A DNA stretch of 64,000 nucleotides from Eledone cirrhosa (GCA_964016885.1 OZ024740.1:93124001-93188000); one strand, 5' to 3'; shown: positions 29,051 through 43,340, numbered from the stretch's first letter. Notes: a model not told the origin generated them from the sequence alone. A program made the numbers and translations.

Positions 29051-30357
29051 GAGAGAGTATGTATTTGTGTACCTGCATGATGTCATTATGTCTGAATTCG
29101 CTTTTCGTTAGAGTGTAAAACTAGTCTAACCTACTCTAGTAACTGTCATAATCTATTATAAAATTCTTGACTTATCTACCGGTAGTATTTGTCAAATTAT
29201 TGAATGTATATTTCTACCACACTTTATTAAATTCCAGTCTTAGAAGTAACCCACTGGCAATGCATTGGACATTCTGCTCTATATCGATTACAAAATAATT
29301 CTACACACATCCGACATTTATATGTTCGCAAATCTGTGAATTTACAATATCATCTAGCATGGAATACTGTAACCCTATTATATCATGCCTAAGCCTAATC
29401 ATCTTAAATGAGTAATACTAATCACGTTATTGAGATGCATGGTATCTGAAGAGAAAATAATACAATGATGCACCAACAAAAATTATATCCGTACATTATA
29501 ATAAACAATAAATCTTTGGATATTAAAGAATAAATAAAATGTCTATTGAATTGCCTCACTTTGAATGATAGAGGATATTTTCAAATGAATATATATTTTA
29601 GAGTTTCAGCTTGGAATTTAAAGTGGAATCGAGGAATGTGCCACTGTCTAAGAAACATTTGTTGTCCAGGCTCAATGGAAGAGTGAGTTTTGCGTTTGCA
29701 ATTATCCTGTCGTTAACATGACACTATAAATATATACAAATATAGGACACCCACATACACAAGCTTTTATAAAACAGTCGAAGACTATCTCCTCTCCATG
29801 ACTGACCCTAGTCAATTTTGCTTTACAGAAAAGGATAGAATGTGTTAATAGAAGTGACAAAGACATATACATGAGGAGCTTAATAATTGTGTCGTTTAGG
29901 ATTATACGTTTCGGGAGATACGCTACGCTCTGAATGCAACGTCCGTTATTCTAAAGGCGCGTTTCATTTAGGCTTCTAAGAAACTTAGAAGTAAAGGGTC
30001 TACTAATTGTTTACATCCACTGAAGAGCAATAGAATTGGCAATTCCTTAACTTGATGCGAAACAGTTTTACCAAAGCCTGTCTGGAAGTTTGAGAGTTAT
30101 CAGAATCGGTTTGTACTTTTACTTAATTTATTCTTCGAATTGCATCTGGCAAACCGTATTATTTATAGTTGCTATACTATCAACCCTAGCCAATAATTTG
30201 AACACAAATATGTATGTATCTGTGTCTATCTCTCTTTACATATTAAACTATATTAACGGCTCGGAACATTTTTTCCCTCAGCAATTTTAATTGTAAGAGA
30301 CTCAATATATACTTTTGTTAAATATATACATACATACATACATACACACACACACAG

Positions 30358-30440
<83 letters not shown>

Positions 30441-31129
30441 TATGTGTGTGTATGTGTGTGTGTGTGTGTGCGTGTGTGTGTGTGTGCGTGTGTGTGTGCA
30501 AATAATCCTGATAATGTTCATCTTAACCCCTCTAATACCTTGGAATCACCTGGTATCTTAACTCTCCTTCATTTTTTCATATATATATATACAATTCAAA
30601 CGCACGTACGTTCCTACTACCATTATCTATTAACTATACAGTATCACGACTATAACCAATTATATATCTCTACAGAATCATTTTTCTGATGGTAAGTAGA
30701 ATTGGAAAGATTATATATCTTTTGATTAACGCTTTTTCTGATAATTTATTTAAGTCTAGGTTTCTTTCAATTTCACATTAGACATACCCTCATAATTGGA
30801 TCAAAGAGCTGAGATAATAATGACTTAAAATTTGAAGATAAGAAGATTATCTTGCCATTTCTTGCGCAATACACCTCGTTGAAGATGTAAAAATAATATT
30901 AACGTTCTACCGCTTTTAGAGACTACAAGTTGAAATATGGATTTTGAAGAAAGTAATGTACATTAAATTTTGTTCAGCTTTATTTTGAAATACGTATGAA
31001 CTATTTCCAAAAAAGCAACGTGGAACAATGTACTCTGATCATTGATCTTCCTGAATAATATACAGATTTTCCCTAGAAGAATTATTTCAGATGCAGGGAA
31101 ATTGGGATAGGTTTTAGAGAAAAAATTAG

Positions 31130-32560
31130 GACACACATTTCAAGTAAATGAACCTCCTTCAACTTAAGAAATTCAAGGATTCTAGAAAACAGTATGGCGT
31201 ACAGAATATTTCATAGTGCGAATGCAGAATGGATACAGAAAATAGAAGAAACATACAATAATTTAGAAAGGCAGACTTGGCAAGACATAAATATGGAAGA
31301 ACTGGAATTGGCATTAAAGAAAGACGACAATTAGAAATCTCATTGTATTGATAAAATGCCAAACTGGTTATCCTCTCTACTTGAAACCCGTGACATGTTG
31401 GTGAAATGTTATAATAAAATTATGCACAATCATGGGAAAGCCCGTGACTGGTTTGCAGAAGGGAATAACATATTTCTTGCCACAATCGACAGAAACAAAT
31501 ATTCCAAAAAATTATAGTTTTATTACATTATACAACATTCTCACATGAATCTTGACAAAGATAACGTACAAAATTATAGACGAAAATGACCTCTTCCTAT
31601 TGAGCAAAATGATTGTTGCCGTCGGTTTTACGGGTATAAAGACCAACCCTTCATTAACAACATGGTCCCTGGAAACTGTCGTAAAATTATATAATCGTAG
31701 TACTGGTTGGATCGATTATACGAAGGGAATTTGACATTGCTCCCCACTCGTGGATTTTGAATATATCGGATGTTATGAATAGCTCCCCAGTAATATCAAA
31801 ATTCCTGAAATACAACACATCATTATATAATACAAATCAATGATTATCATACAGCGATGTAACTATCAGTTTTAGCAGAAATCTATTAACTTTGGTATTT
31901 TTCAGGGTGATTCGCTTTTTCTTCTGATATGCAACATTGCTGCTGTTTTAGCCCTCCAAAAATAAAATATGGCTAGAACATAGATAGAAAACCAATAAAA
32001 CATAACTTGTTTATATCACCCAGATGCCATAACAGCGGGTGAGAACGTGACAATCCTCTGGAATTTCATATCATTACTGACACTACAATCAAGGCCAACA
32101 TAACTGATATAATGGTAAGGACAATAAAGGAAAAACGTATTTCCTAATTGACATAAGCCGTGTAACAGATCGTAACATCTTGCAATTGTTCGGAAAACTC
32201 AGTATGTGTAAATATCTATCATTTTAAATTGAGAAAATATGGCATCTTCAAGCCTGGGCAGTACAAGTGATAGTAGGCGCATTGACAAAGATAATACAAT
32301 TACTGATATATTTGTCCAATATAACTAGAAAGCTATCTCTGCACCATATACATAAAATATTGCTGACTGACACTCTCCAAGACCTGAGAAGTACATTATC
32401 AATTTAAATACCTGGCAAACACATTTAATGATGTTCGTGCACTTATGGCACCATTCCTATGACAATTCATTGCAAAATGTCTACTATTGAAGTCTGTCTC
32501 AGATGTCAGAAGCTGAAATCAATTGAAGATTCCTTTGTAATAATAATAATAATAATAACA
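31130..32560 (+). pseudogene. Old, heavily decayed R4/Dong-like LINE fragment
   Basis: ggttggatcgattat (GWIDY), ggtatttttcagggtgattcg (GIFQGDS), gtacaagtgatagtaggcgca (VIVGA); (TAA)n tail at ~32540. Confidence 0.65.
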
Positions 32561-32689
32561 TTTATAAATTATTTGTATCTAATAATATATGTTATGTTTT
32601 AGAAATTAAGATTTTCAAAGCCAAGCTATGAATAGGAACTTTGGCGGCCAGTTCCTTCTAGCAAATTCCAGCAGATAAAAGGAGGATAA

Positions 32690-32728
32690 CTGTCTATACA
32701 TTTCGACTTCTGGCTCTCATCAAGACAG
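32690..32728 (-). ncRNA. Degenerate minimal hammerhead motif within a long hairpin
   Basis: Minus strand reads ctgtc TTGATGA gagccagaagtc GAAA tgta TA gacag (C3U variant). Stem I extends via ttccagcaga (~32666) pairing with tctgctggaa (~32743). Confidence 0.5.
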
Positions 32729-33093
32729 TACTTCCTCTTGCACTCTGCTGGAACTCGAGACGGACGAAAATATATTTGTTTTGTCTGCGTATGTTAGATG
32801 TTTAGCCTCATTTAGACTTATACATATGTATTTGTGTACTTTTCTTCAACTTAAAATTAGATTTAACAGTTAGTCCGTTTGCGCGTATAAGCTCTCATAT
32901 CAGACGGACAAAATGTGGAAAAACACTCGGGCCCCGTCGTTTTGATACTGCTCTGATCTGTTTCATATAAAATATTATAATGTGCAAATAAAATATGGAC
33001 ATATGATACAATATTCAATTCGAGTCCTTTACCTATATGTATGTATATATATATATATATATATATAAATGTGTGTGTATGTATATATATATA

Positions 33094-33914
33094 TCACCAC
33101 TTGGTGCTACTGGTAACATGTATCCCAGTACAACCTGTCTCATGGTCGGGTCGTTGGCGACTAAACTGGCAACCCCACCAAGGTTTCTTGGTGAGGAGGG
33201 TGACTTTGGACATCCTGCAGGACTAAAAACAAAACCTGTCGAAGGGCAAAGGAGCTCTTAAGAGTCAATGGCCATCCAAAATCACTGGGAGAGATGACCC
33301 CTTAGCCTTTGTCAAGGCAGAATTCTAAGAGAAGGAAAACTCTGATATAACACCTGCAACCCTGATGGTATCCAATGATGTTGACTTGTTCTTCTTTTTG
33401 GTAAATATCATCTTGGTTAAGAGAGTGGGACTGGCTTTGTGCAGTGCCTTTGCTCACTATAAAAGCTTCACGGCACAGGCATTGCTTTGTATCTGGAGAT
33501 CTTTCTGCACTTGTCGTCACATGGTACCATGGGCCTAGCACTATGTGTCAATAATTGTCACAAGTGTAGTGTTTGTACCAGAGTTTTCAAGTCGCTGGCT
33601 GGACTAAAAAGTCACACTCGTTCAGCGCATCGGTAGGGGTTCTCCTACATGGATATAAAGTAGTGGCCGTACTCGAAAACGAGTTGGCAGCCACCATATA
33701 TATATGTATGTATATATATGTATGTGTATATATATGTATGTATGTGTATATATATGTATGTATATGTATGTATATATATATATGTATATATATGTATATA
33801 TATATATGTATATATATGTATATATATATATGTATATATATGTATATATATGTATGTATATATGTGTATGTATATGTATGTATGTATATATATATGTATG
33901 TATATATGTGTATG

Positions 33915-33947
<33 letters not shown>

Positions 33948-33952
33948 GTGTG

Positions 33953-34035
<83 letters not shown>

Positions 34036-34203
34036 GTATATGTATGTATGTATATATATGTATGTATATGTATATGTATGTATGTGTATGTATGTATATA
34101 TGTATATGTATATGTATATATATATGTATGTATATGTATATGTGTATGTATATATATATGTATATGTATATATGTGTATATATATATGTATATATATATA
34201 TGT

Positions 34204-34244
<41 letters not shown>

Positions 34245-34880
34245 TATGTATATATATATGTATATATATATATATGTATGTATATATATATGTATATATA
34301 TGTATGTATATATATATGTATGTCACGTCACCAGTTGGTGCTACTGGTAACACCCTCCTCACCAAGATTTCTTGGTGAGGAGGGTGACTTTGGACATCCT
34401 GCAGGACTAAAAACAAAACCTGTCAAGGGGCAAAGGAGCTCTTAAGAGTCAATGGCCATCTAAAATCACCGGGAGAGATGACCCTTTGGCCTTTGTCGAG
34501 GCAGAATTCTAGGAGAAGGAAAACTCTGATATAACACCTGCAACCCTGGTGGTATCCAATGATGTTGACTTGTTCTTCTTTTTGGTAAATATCATCTTGG
34601 TTAAGAGAGTGGGACTGGCTTTGTGCAGTGCCTTTGCTCACTATAAAAGCTTCACGGCACAGGCATTGCTTTATATCTGGAGATCTCTCTGCACTTGTGG
34701 TCACATGGTACCATGGGCCCAGCACTAAGTGTCAATAATTGTCACAAGTGTAGTGTTTGTACCAGAGTTTTCAAGTCGCTGGCTGGACTAAAAAGTCACA
34801 CTCGTTCAGCGTATCGGTGGGGGTTCTCCTACATGGATATAAAGTAGTGGCCGTACTCGAAAACGAGTTGGTAGCCACCA
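33094..34880. repeat. Two direct copies of a ~550-600-bp non-coding element (33094-33696 and 34328-34880) separated by (TATG/TA)n
   Basis: Near-identical sequence and matching spurious ORFs in both copies; copy 2 lacks ~55 bp near its start. Confidence 0.88.
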
Positions 34881-34990
34881 TATATATATATATATATATA
34901 TACATGTGTATATGTATATTTATACATATATATATATATATATATATATAAATATGTATATGTATATATATATATATATATAATATATAC

Positions 34991-35055
<65 letters not shown>

Positions 35056-35094
35056 TATATATATATATATATATATAGTATATATATTATATAT

Positions 35095-35319
35095 AGAGAG
35101 GAACGATCGACTTTGTTGTCAAATCGGACCGAGGGAACACTGTTTCCGTTGGTCTTTCCAATTGCTAATACTATCTATCGATCGCAACTCCAGGTAGAAG
35201 GAGCAACGTGAAATAAAGTGTGTTGCTCAAGGACATAACGCATCGCCTGGTCCAGGAATCGAACTCACAACCTTACGATTGCGAATACAATTCTCTAACC
35301 ACTCAGCCACACGCCTTCA
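35095..35319 (-). mobile_element. tRNA-derived SINE, second family
   Basis: Minus strand has A-box tggctgagtggt and B-box gagttcgattcc, then the tgtccttgagcaacacactt core typical of CORE/V-type SINEs. Confidence 0.8.
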
Positions 35320-35448
35320 TATAGTATATATATATATATATAGTATATATATAGTATATATATATATATATATATATAGTATATATATATATATATATAT
35401 ATATAGTATATATATATATATATATATATATAGTATATATATAGTATA

Positions 35449-35489
<41 letters not shown>

Positions 35490-35497
35490 TATATATA

Positions 35498-35553
<56 letters not shown>

Positions 35554-35598
35554 TATATATACGTATATAGTATATAGTATATAGTATATATATAGTAA

Positions 35599-35680
<82 letters not shown>

Positions 35681-35725
35681 TTACTATATATATACTATAT
35701 ACTATATACTATATACGTATATATA

Positions 35726-35779
<54 letters not shown>

Positions 35780-35824
35780 TATATATACGTATATAGTATA
35801 TAGTATATAGTATATATATAGTAA

Positions 35825-35912
<88 letters not shown>

Positions 35913-35914
35913 AT

Positions 35915-37194
35915 AATATTTTCGTTACCCTCTAAGAAGGAATATGACGTCACTTTCAGCTTATATCTGGAGTCTAAAAGACAACCACACCCAATATAAG
36001 TTACACAGGGAGATCCTAGCTAGGGCTAGATCGTATAACGGAAATAAAAGACCTTGTGACCTCTGCTCCGCTGAGGCCCTGGAAATACTCTACTCCACAG
36101 ACCACATCTTAAACAAAAAATGTGAGGCAATTTCAGCTTGTAAACATAAATTGCACAAAACTTTCCTGTATTACAGCCCCACGTTATACCCTAACGGATA
36201 GTCCGATCTATACGTGGATATATTACGTCTTGATGTGGGAGCTAAGTATATGTTTTGTTTATTCCTTTACTTATTTGCATAGGTAAGTATATATTACCCG
36301 TATGTTTTGTGAAGGTATGTATACCTTCTTGTACGTATATTTGATTGTTATGGCGTATAATTTTTATATATTCTGGTATTTAGGTTTTGGCTATGTGTAT
36401 ACTGGAGTTTTGCGTCTGCGTGAGCATGCAGGTTCGTACATATGGTGGGTCTGTGTATATGTGTACTTCTTGTTTTAGTTGACTTTCGTCTCCGAACTTA
36501 CGTGTATTTATATGTGGGTATGTGTGTGCGCTTGTTATATAAGTATTTATTTACTTATATACGTTTATATAATTATTTATGTATTTGTACACAAGCATAC
36601 ACACACACACACACACACATATTTATATGTGCGTGGTTGTATACCTATGGTAAGGTTTTGCGTATGCTTGTGTATGTAGGTATTTGTTTGGGTGTAAGTA
36701 TTTATTTATTTCTAGTACTTCTGTATTGTATTTATTTACTTTGTTCTTAACTCTGTAGCGGAGATTGATTTGTCTCCTAGTTAGACTTTTAGTCTACGAC
36801 TTCTGCTATACCATTTACGTGGTTTTGTCTTTGCGTTCTATTGTTCTCCACGCTCCACATATGACTTATTATCTTCGTTTTTTCGTTCATTACCAGAGAA
36901 CGTCTCTATGAACCACCTAAGAGAACATTAGTCTACGACCTCTTTATACCTAAACGTGGTTCTGTCTTTGCGTGTAATTGTTTTTCACCGCTCCTATTAA
37001 TGACGTATTATTCGTTTTTTCCTGTTCTTTGCCAGCGAAAGTTTCCACGAACCAAAGTATCATCTTCCTGTCTTCCTCCGGTTGCAACGTTTTTTGAAAT
37101 ATCCAGTTCTGCGTTTACAGATTGACTTTGTTAGTTTCAGAAGATCCCGTTAAGGGTGAAAGCAGCGATTATTTGCTTTAACTTTAATCTGTTA

Positions 37195-37200
<6 letters not shown>
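35915..37200 (+). mobile_element. 3' fragment of a Penelope-like element (end of endonuclease + 3' UTR/pLTR)
   Basis: TSLSAYIWSLKD...CDLCSAE...LNKKCE...CKH; internal ~115-bp duplication at ~36790-37050; flanked by (TA)n. Confidence 0.8.
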
Positions 37201-37235
<35 letters not shown>

Positions 37236-37268
37236 TTTCTTATTGGCAACATGACCCACCCAAAGTAT

Positions 37269-37311
<43 letters not shown>

Positions 37312-37422
37312 AAAATAAGTTTTTTTTACAAAATGAAAAATAACCGAGGTGTCCTACACGAGTGAAAGTATAAAGAAAATAAGATTAAATCGAAAATGCA
37401 ATTGGAGTCCTATTTAAAAAAA

Positions 37423-37459
<37 letters not shown>

Positions 37460-37659
37460 TATATATGTGTGGATGTGTGTTGCGTGGTGCGTATAATCCT
37501 AAAAATAGCAGTCTGGTTCACGACACAATTATTAAGCTCTACAAAATTCAAGGAGCCGTATTCATCAACAGTTTATATTGTGTTAGAAACTCAGAATATT
37601 CCCTTAACATTAAAGTAGCTCAATGAACTTTTTTTCGGAGCCGTGTAATATAATTCACT

Positions 37660-37848
37660 ATAATAAAGAGAGATAAACACAGATATATACATATTTGTAT
37701 TCAAATTACAAGCGACCAGATTCGCTAGGGGGAATAGTATACTAACTATAGTATACTAGTTAGTATACTATTCAGCCTAACGAAACTGATCCCTTATAAT
37801 TTGAACACAAATATGTATATACATCTGTCTTTATTTCACTTTATGATA
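37660..37848. repeat. Foldback palindrome (~190 bp)
   Basis: catatttgtattcaaatta...gaatagtatactaacta mirrors tagttagtatactattc...taatttgaacacaaatatg; the arm also resembles ~30193-30240. Confidence 0.75.
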
Positions 37849-38012
37849 TATATATATATATATATATATGTAGTGTGTGTGGGGGGTGGGTGGGGGGTTG
37901 GGGGGGGTGGGGGGGGGCGTGTGCTGTATACCCATGGAGACATATATATATATATAATAATAATTTATTGAATTGGTTCTCGGAATATACAAATTGATCC
38001 TTCCTCGACCTG

Positions 38013-38063
<51 letters not shown>

Positions 38064-38137
38064 TTATTTATTAAAATAGCAGATTAAAGTTTAAGCAAAA
38101 AATCGCTGTTTCACCCTTAACGGGATCGTCTGGGATC

Positions 38138-38928
38138 GAATATTCGCTGTGTGGATGATTAGTTTAACCACCATCTCAGTGTGTTTGGCCTTTAACGTAA
38201 GTTGTAAGCTCTAATTCATTTGAATTATCGAGCGCTCTCCACACAACTCGAAGGTTATTCTCGTTAATTCCTGAGCTGAAATTCGATTATCGCTAAGTTT
38301 TACTTTTATTAAATATCCCGAGTCCAGCTATTGGGCAGTTAATTTTATTGATTGATTTTGGTCTATTCTATTGACTGCTGAATAGCTTTGCTATATATAA
38401 CCACTCCGTCGAGAGCTATATTCGATTTGTGATATTTTGCATTTTCGCAATATTATACACAACTGAATTATTTCGCTTAATATAGGTGTTTCCTCCCTTG
38501 CTGAACACCACGTGGGGTAAGTTACAGACACATTTAAAGTGGACTTTCGAACTGAATCCCGTTGACAACGCGCACTCCCAGTTCAGTCATGATACGAGAA
38601 AGCTAACATCCTTTTATGTAAGTGGACAGTAAATGACTTATGGAGCCGCAGAAACCCCAAAACTGGACTTTCCCATCTTTCCAGGTGTCCGGGTAAGCTT
38701 TCAACCATTTATATTTTTATATACTTTTATATCTGTATATCTGTTTCACCCGAAATAGGAGATCGAATCTTCGCTGTGTGGATGATTAGTTTAACCACCA
38801 TCTCGGTGTGTTTGGCCTCTAACGTAAGTTGTAAGCTCTAATTCATATGAATTATCGACCGCTGCCACACAACTCGAAAGTGATTCTCGTTAATTCCTGA
38901 GCTAAAATTCGATTCTCGCTAACTTTTA

Positions 38929-38932
<4 letters not shown>
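38138..38932. repeat. Direct duplication of ~170 bp (38138-38310 and 38764-38932)
   Basis: Both copies read ttcgctgtgtggatgattagtttaaccaccatctc...aaattcgatt-tcgctaa-ttttactt. Confidence 0.85.
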
Positions 38933-38988
<56 letters not shown>

Positions 38989-38992
<4 letters not shown>

Positions 38993-39617
38993 TATTCCGG
39001 GTTGAATCGGAGGTAACCCTAATAAGTAAGATACTCAATACATAGCAGAGTATAAAAGTGTTAATATAGATGAGATTCTACACGACTAGAACTGTTTAGT
39101 TCTTTAGAAATCATCCGCAATCTGGGTATCAAACAATAATTAAGGTATTTATAGGCCTCTTCAGGTGGTAGGAGAGGGTAGGGAGTGGGATGGGTAGAGG
39201 TCATTGATGAAAGAAAGGGGAATTCAGCAAGAGCTAATTCTTTAAAGCTATAATTTATATTTAGATTAACAAAGGCAGAAAGAATTTTATAAACAAGTTC
39301 AGAATGGGGTGCCACTCCTTTTTTTAAGTTTCTCTTAAGTTAACAATGCCTATATTTCAGGTGTCTATAATATCGTTGGGGGTCAGTCATGGTTGATGGA
39401 TTTAAAGAAAAGGGAAATTCTTTAAAAGCTAATTCTGTAAGGTTCTACCTAGAGTGATAAACACCTAGAAAATTATATAGACCAGTTCAAAATATTGAGT
39501 GCTTATCATACCATTATCTTCAAGTTTCTCTTAAGCTATATTCCAAATGTCAACAGACACATTCACAAATACACACACACGCGCACACGCGGCGCGTGCA
39601 TCCACACGCACACATAC

Positions 39618-39701
<84 letters not shown>

Positions 39702-40045
39702 CCATATATATATATATATACACACATACATATATATACAGATATACACACACACATATATATATATATCATTGGTAGATGCTACATCAGGGTTGTCGAG
39801 GAAGAAGGCTCTCCATCTAATTCGCTTGATGAACTCGTCGGTAGTCTAATGAGTGTTTTTAGGTATAGTTACCTTGGAGGGATGGGGATGTTCTTCATGG
39901 AGGCATCAAAGTCGTGTTTGGTCAGCATAGTTTCTTGTTTATGGTTATAAGGGGCACAGAGTGTGCTAAGAGATATGTTATTCCGGGTTGAATTGGAGAT
40001 AACCACAGTAAGTAAGGTCCTCAATACATTGCAGCGTATAAAACA
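38989..40045 (-). mobile_element. PLE pseudo-LTR/5' region family, rearranged copy; related copies at 42780-43195 (-) and 52490-53275 (+)
   Basis: Shared ggttgaatcggaggtaaccc and catggttgatggatttaaagaaaaggg. 39773-39930 encodes on the minus strand [18 protein letters not shown]...[11 protein letters not shown]. Confidence 0.75.
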
Positions 40046-40054
40046 TTAAATTAG

Positions 40055-40720
40055 CCAACCACCTCAGACCCCCCAATCCCCGGACTGGGGCCTTGTGTAA
40101 TTGCCTAAATAAGGAAGTCTGCCCACTTGAAAACAAATGCCTAACAAATGATATCGTATAAAAATGCGATGTCATCTCAGGCACCGATGATTGCAATAAC
40201 AAAAAGACTTACATCGGCATGACTTCCAAGAACTTTAAGACCCGTTGGTATGCCCATACCCACTCCTTCAGAAGACCGGAAAAATCAAACCAGACAACAC
40301 TCGTCTCCTATGATTGGGACCTCAAAAGGAACTCCACCCCCTTCACGCTTAAATGGAAAATACTCCAGTAGCGCGCTCTTACAACAGAGGACACAAGGTC
40401 TGCAAACTTTCTATCTCAGAGAGCTATGAAATTTGACTCGCCAAGGGCCCGCTACTGAACAAACTCTCTGAACACTGCCCGAACTGCTTGCACAAGACCT
40501 TTGCAAATTTCAAATAACTTAATCTAGTGTTTAAGCCCGATGGCTAAAAACGACTTCCTCCTTTTAGCCCCTCTACCTCCTTCCCACACCACCCCACGCT
40601 CCTCAACCTGAAATACTGCCACTATGGTTATGTGAGTACCTCTTACCTATCTGACATCTCTGCTTGTAGAGCTGTTTTTATGTGCCGGTGTATATGCGTA
40701 TATTTATTGAGTACTGATTT

Positions 40721-40760
<40 letters not shown>

Positions 40761-40793
40761 GTATGTATGTGTATGTATATGTATGTATGTGTA

Positions 40794-40836
<43 letters not shown>

Positions 40837-41032
40837 ATATATGTGTGTATATGTATATATATATATATGTAAATATATATATATGTGTATATGTATATAT
40901 ATATGTGTATATGTATGTGTTTATATATATGTGTGTATATGTATATATATATGTGTGTGTATATATGTGTGTATGTATGTGTATGTATGTATGTTTATAT
41001 ATATGTATATGTATGTGTATATATATGTAGTG

Positions 41033-41071
<39 letters not shown>

Positions 41072-41128
41072 GTGAATGTATATGTATATATGTATTTATG
41101 TGTATGTGTATATGTATACATATATATA

Positions 41129-41199
<71 letters not shown>

Positions 41200-41290
41200 A
41201 TACTTTGGGAGGCTCATGTTGCCAATAAGAAACACACGCACCAGTGCTTTCACTTCAATTTATTATAATTAATTTATAAATTTAGGAATT
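40055..41290 (+). mobile_element. Penelope-like 3' fragment (GIY-YIG + 3' UTR)
   Basis: CNCLNKEVCPLENKCL, KTYIGMTSKNFKTRW.AH.HSF and LKWKIL in 40095-40520; the end at ~41193-41232 matches an inverted scrap at 37233-37276. Confidence 0.8.
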
Positions 41291-41521
41291 TATAAGTTTC
41301 CGGTTGGTTGATTGGTTCCACAACCAGATGTTTGTTTATATATTGTCAAAGTACTTCCGTCACATACTCTGTGACCTCTTCAGTGACTGGGGATTCTTTT
41401 CTTTGTTTTTTGTGCCTCTCCTTTGTTCTGTCCTACGCCATCTTGTCTCAACACATGTTTCAACGCACTTTTCACACACGTTTACAATTAAAGAATCTTG
41501 CTAAACAAATTCAGAAACGAA

Positions 41522-41636
<115 letters not shown>

Positions 41637-41838
41637 TGTATGTGTATATATGTATATATATATATATATATGTGTATATATATATGTGTTTATGTGTGTG
41701 TGTGTGCGTATTTATGCGTGTATATGTATGTGTTTGTGTATGTGTGTATGTGTGTATATATATGTATGTGTATGTATGTGTGTATATGTGTGTGTATATA
41801 TGTATATAGTATATATGTATGTGTGTATGTATGTATGT

Positions 41839-41964
<126 letters not shown>

Positions 41965-42053
41965 ATATGTATGTATATGTGTAGCTGTGTGCACTTGTGT
42001 GTATATGTGTACTTGTGTGTATGTGTGTATATGTATGCATATATATGTGTATG

Positions 42054-42127
<74 letters not shown>

Positions 42128-42211
42128 ATATATATGGGTATATATATATGTATATATGTATGTGTATATATATGTGTATACATGTATATATATGTATATA
42201 TGTGTGTATGC

Positions 42212-42275
<64 letters not shown>

Positions 42276-42363
42276 GGAGGTGAGTTTTATAGTAGTACAA
42301 TAAAGCAATGCAGATATTGGATACGAAGCACTCTACAGTTTGTAGGACTGGAGTATACATAAT

Positions 42364-42687
42364 ATATAAGATCAAAAGATGGTTAAAGGAGTTCCATGTA
42401 TTTTATTATGCGCATTTCAAAAACAAACATCATCATGCAATAATATTTGTGTTTTCATCAGATAAAACAGGAGGACATGATATGAAGGCTAAAAGACACT
42501 TGTGGATAGTGCAGCTTTGAATCAACATATGTTGATTCAAAACTGCACTATCCACAAATGTTTTGTAGCTTTCATATCATGTCCTCCTGTTTTATCTGAT
42601 GAAAACACAAATATTATTGCATGATGATGTTTGTTTTTGAAATGCGCATAATAAAATACATGGATCTCCTTAAAACCATCTTTTGAT

Positions 42688-42694
<7 letters not shown>
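42364..42694. repeat. Near-perfect foldback palindrome (~165-bp arms, no spacer) with two divergent hammerheads
   Basis: Centre ttgaatcaacatatgttgattcaa; ends tataagatcaaaagatgg and ccatcttttgatcttata. Confidence 0.93.
42590..42656 (+). ncRNA. Type I hammerhead ribozyme motif (mirror copy at 42401-42467 on -)
   Basis: ttttat CTGATGA aaacacaaatattattgcatgatgatgtttgttttt GAAA tgcgca TA ataaaa; 6-bp stem I and palindromic stem III ATGCGCAT. Confidence 0.75.
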
Positions 42695-42782
<88 letters not shown>

Positions 42783-43294
42783 TATTCCTGGTTGAATCGG
42801 AGGTAACCCCAAAAAGTAAGGTACTCAATACATAGCAGTGTATATAGATCATATTCTACACGACTAGAACTGTTTAATTCTTTAGAAATCATCAGCAAAC
42901 TGGGTATCAAAAAATACATAAGGTATTTATAGGCCTCTTCGGGTGGTAGGAGAGGGTAGGGAGTGGGATGGGTAGAAGTCATTGCTTGAAGGAAAAGGGA
43001 ATTCAGCAAGAGCTAATTCTTTAAAGCTATAATTTATATTTAGATTAACAAAGGCAGAAAGAATTCTATAAACAAGTTCAGAATGGGGTGCCACTCCTTT
43101 TTTTAAGTTTCTCTTAAGTTAACAATGCCTATATTTCAGGTGTCTCTAATATCGTTGGGGTCAGTCATGGTTGATGGATTTAAAGAAAAGGGAATTATGT
43201 CCTACGCCATCTTGTTTCAACACACGTTTCAACGCACGTTTCAACACACGTTTACAGATAAAGAATCTTGCGAAACAAATTCAGAAACGAAATG

Positions 43295-43340
<46 letters not shown>

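Noticed and set aside
33573-34445. Long Y/I/C/V/M-rich ORFs (also at 7.3-8.9, 40.6-42.3, 47-50 and 60-64 kb)
   Set aside because: Stop-free translations of (TA)n/(TG)n/(TATG)n microsatellites, not proteins.
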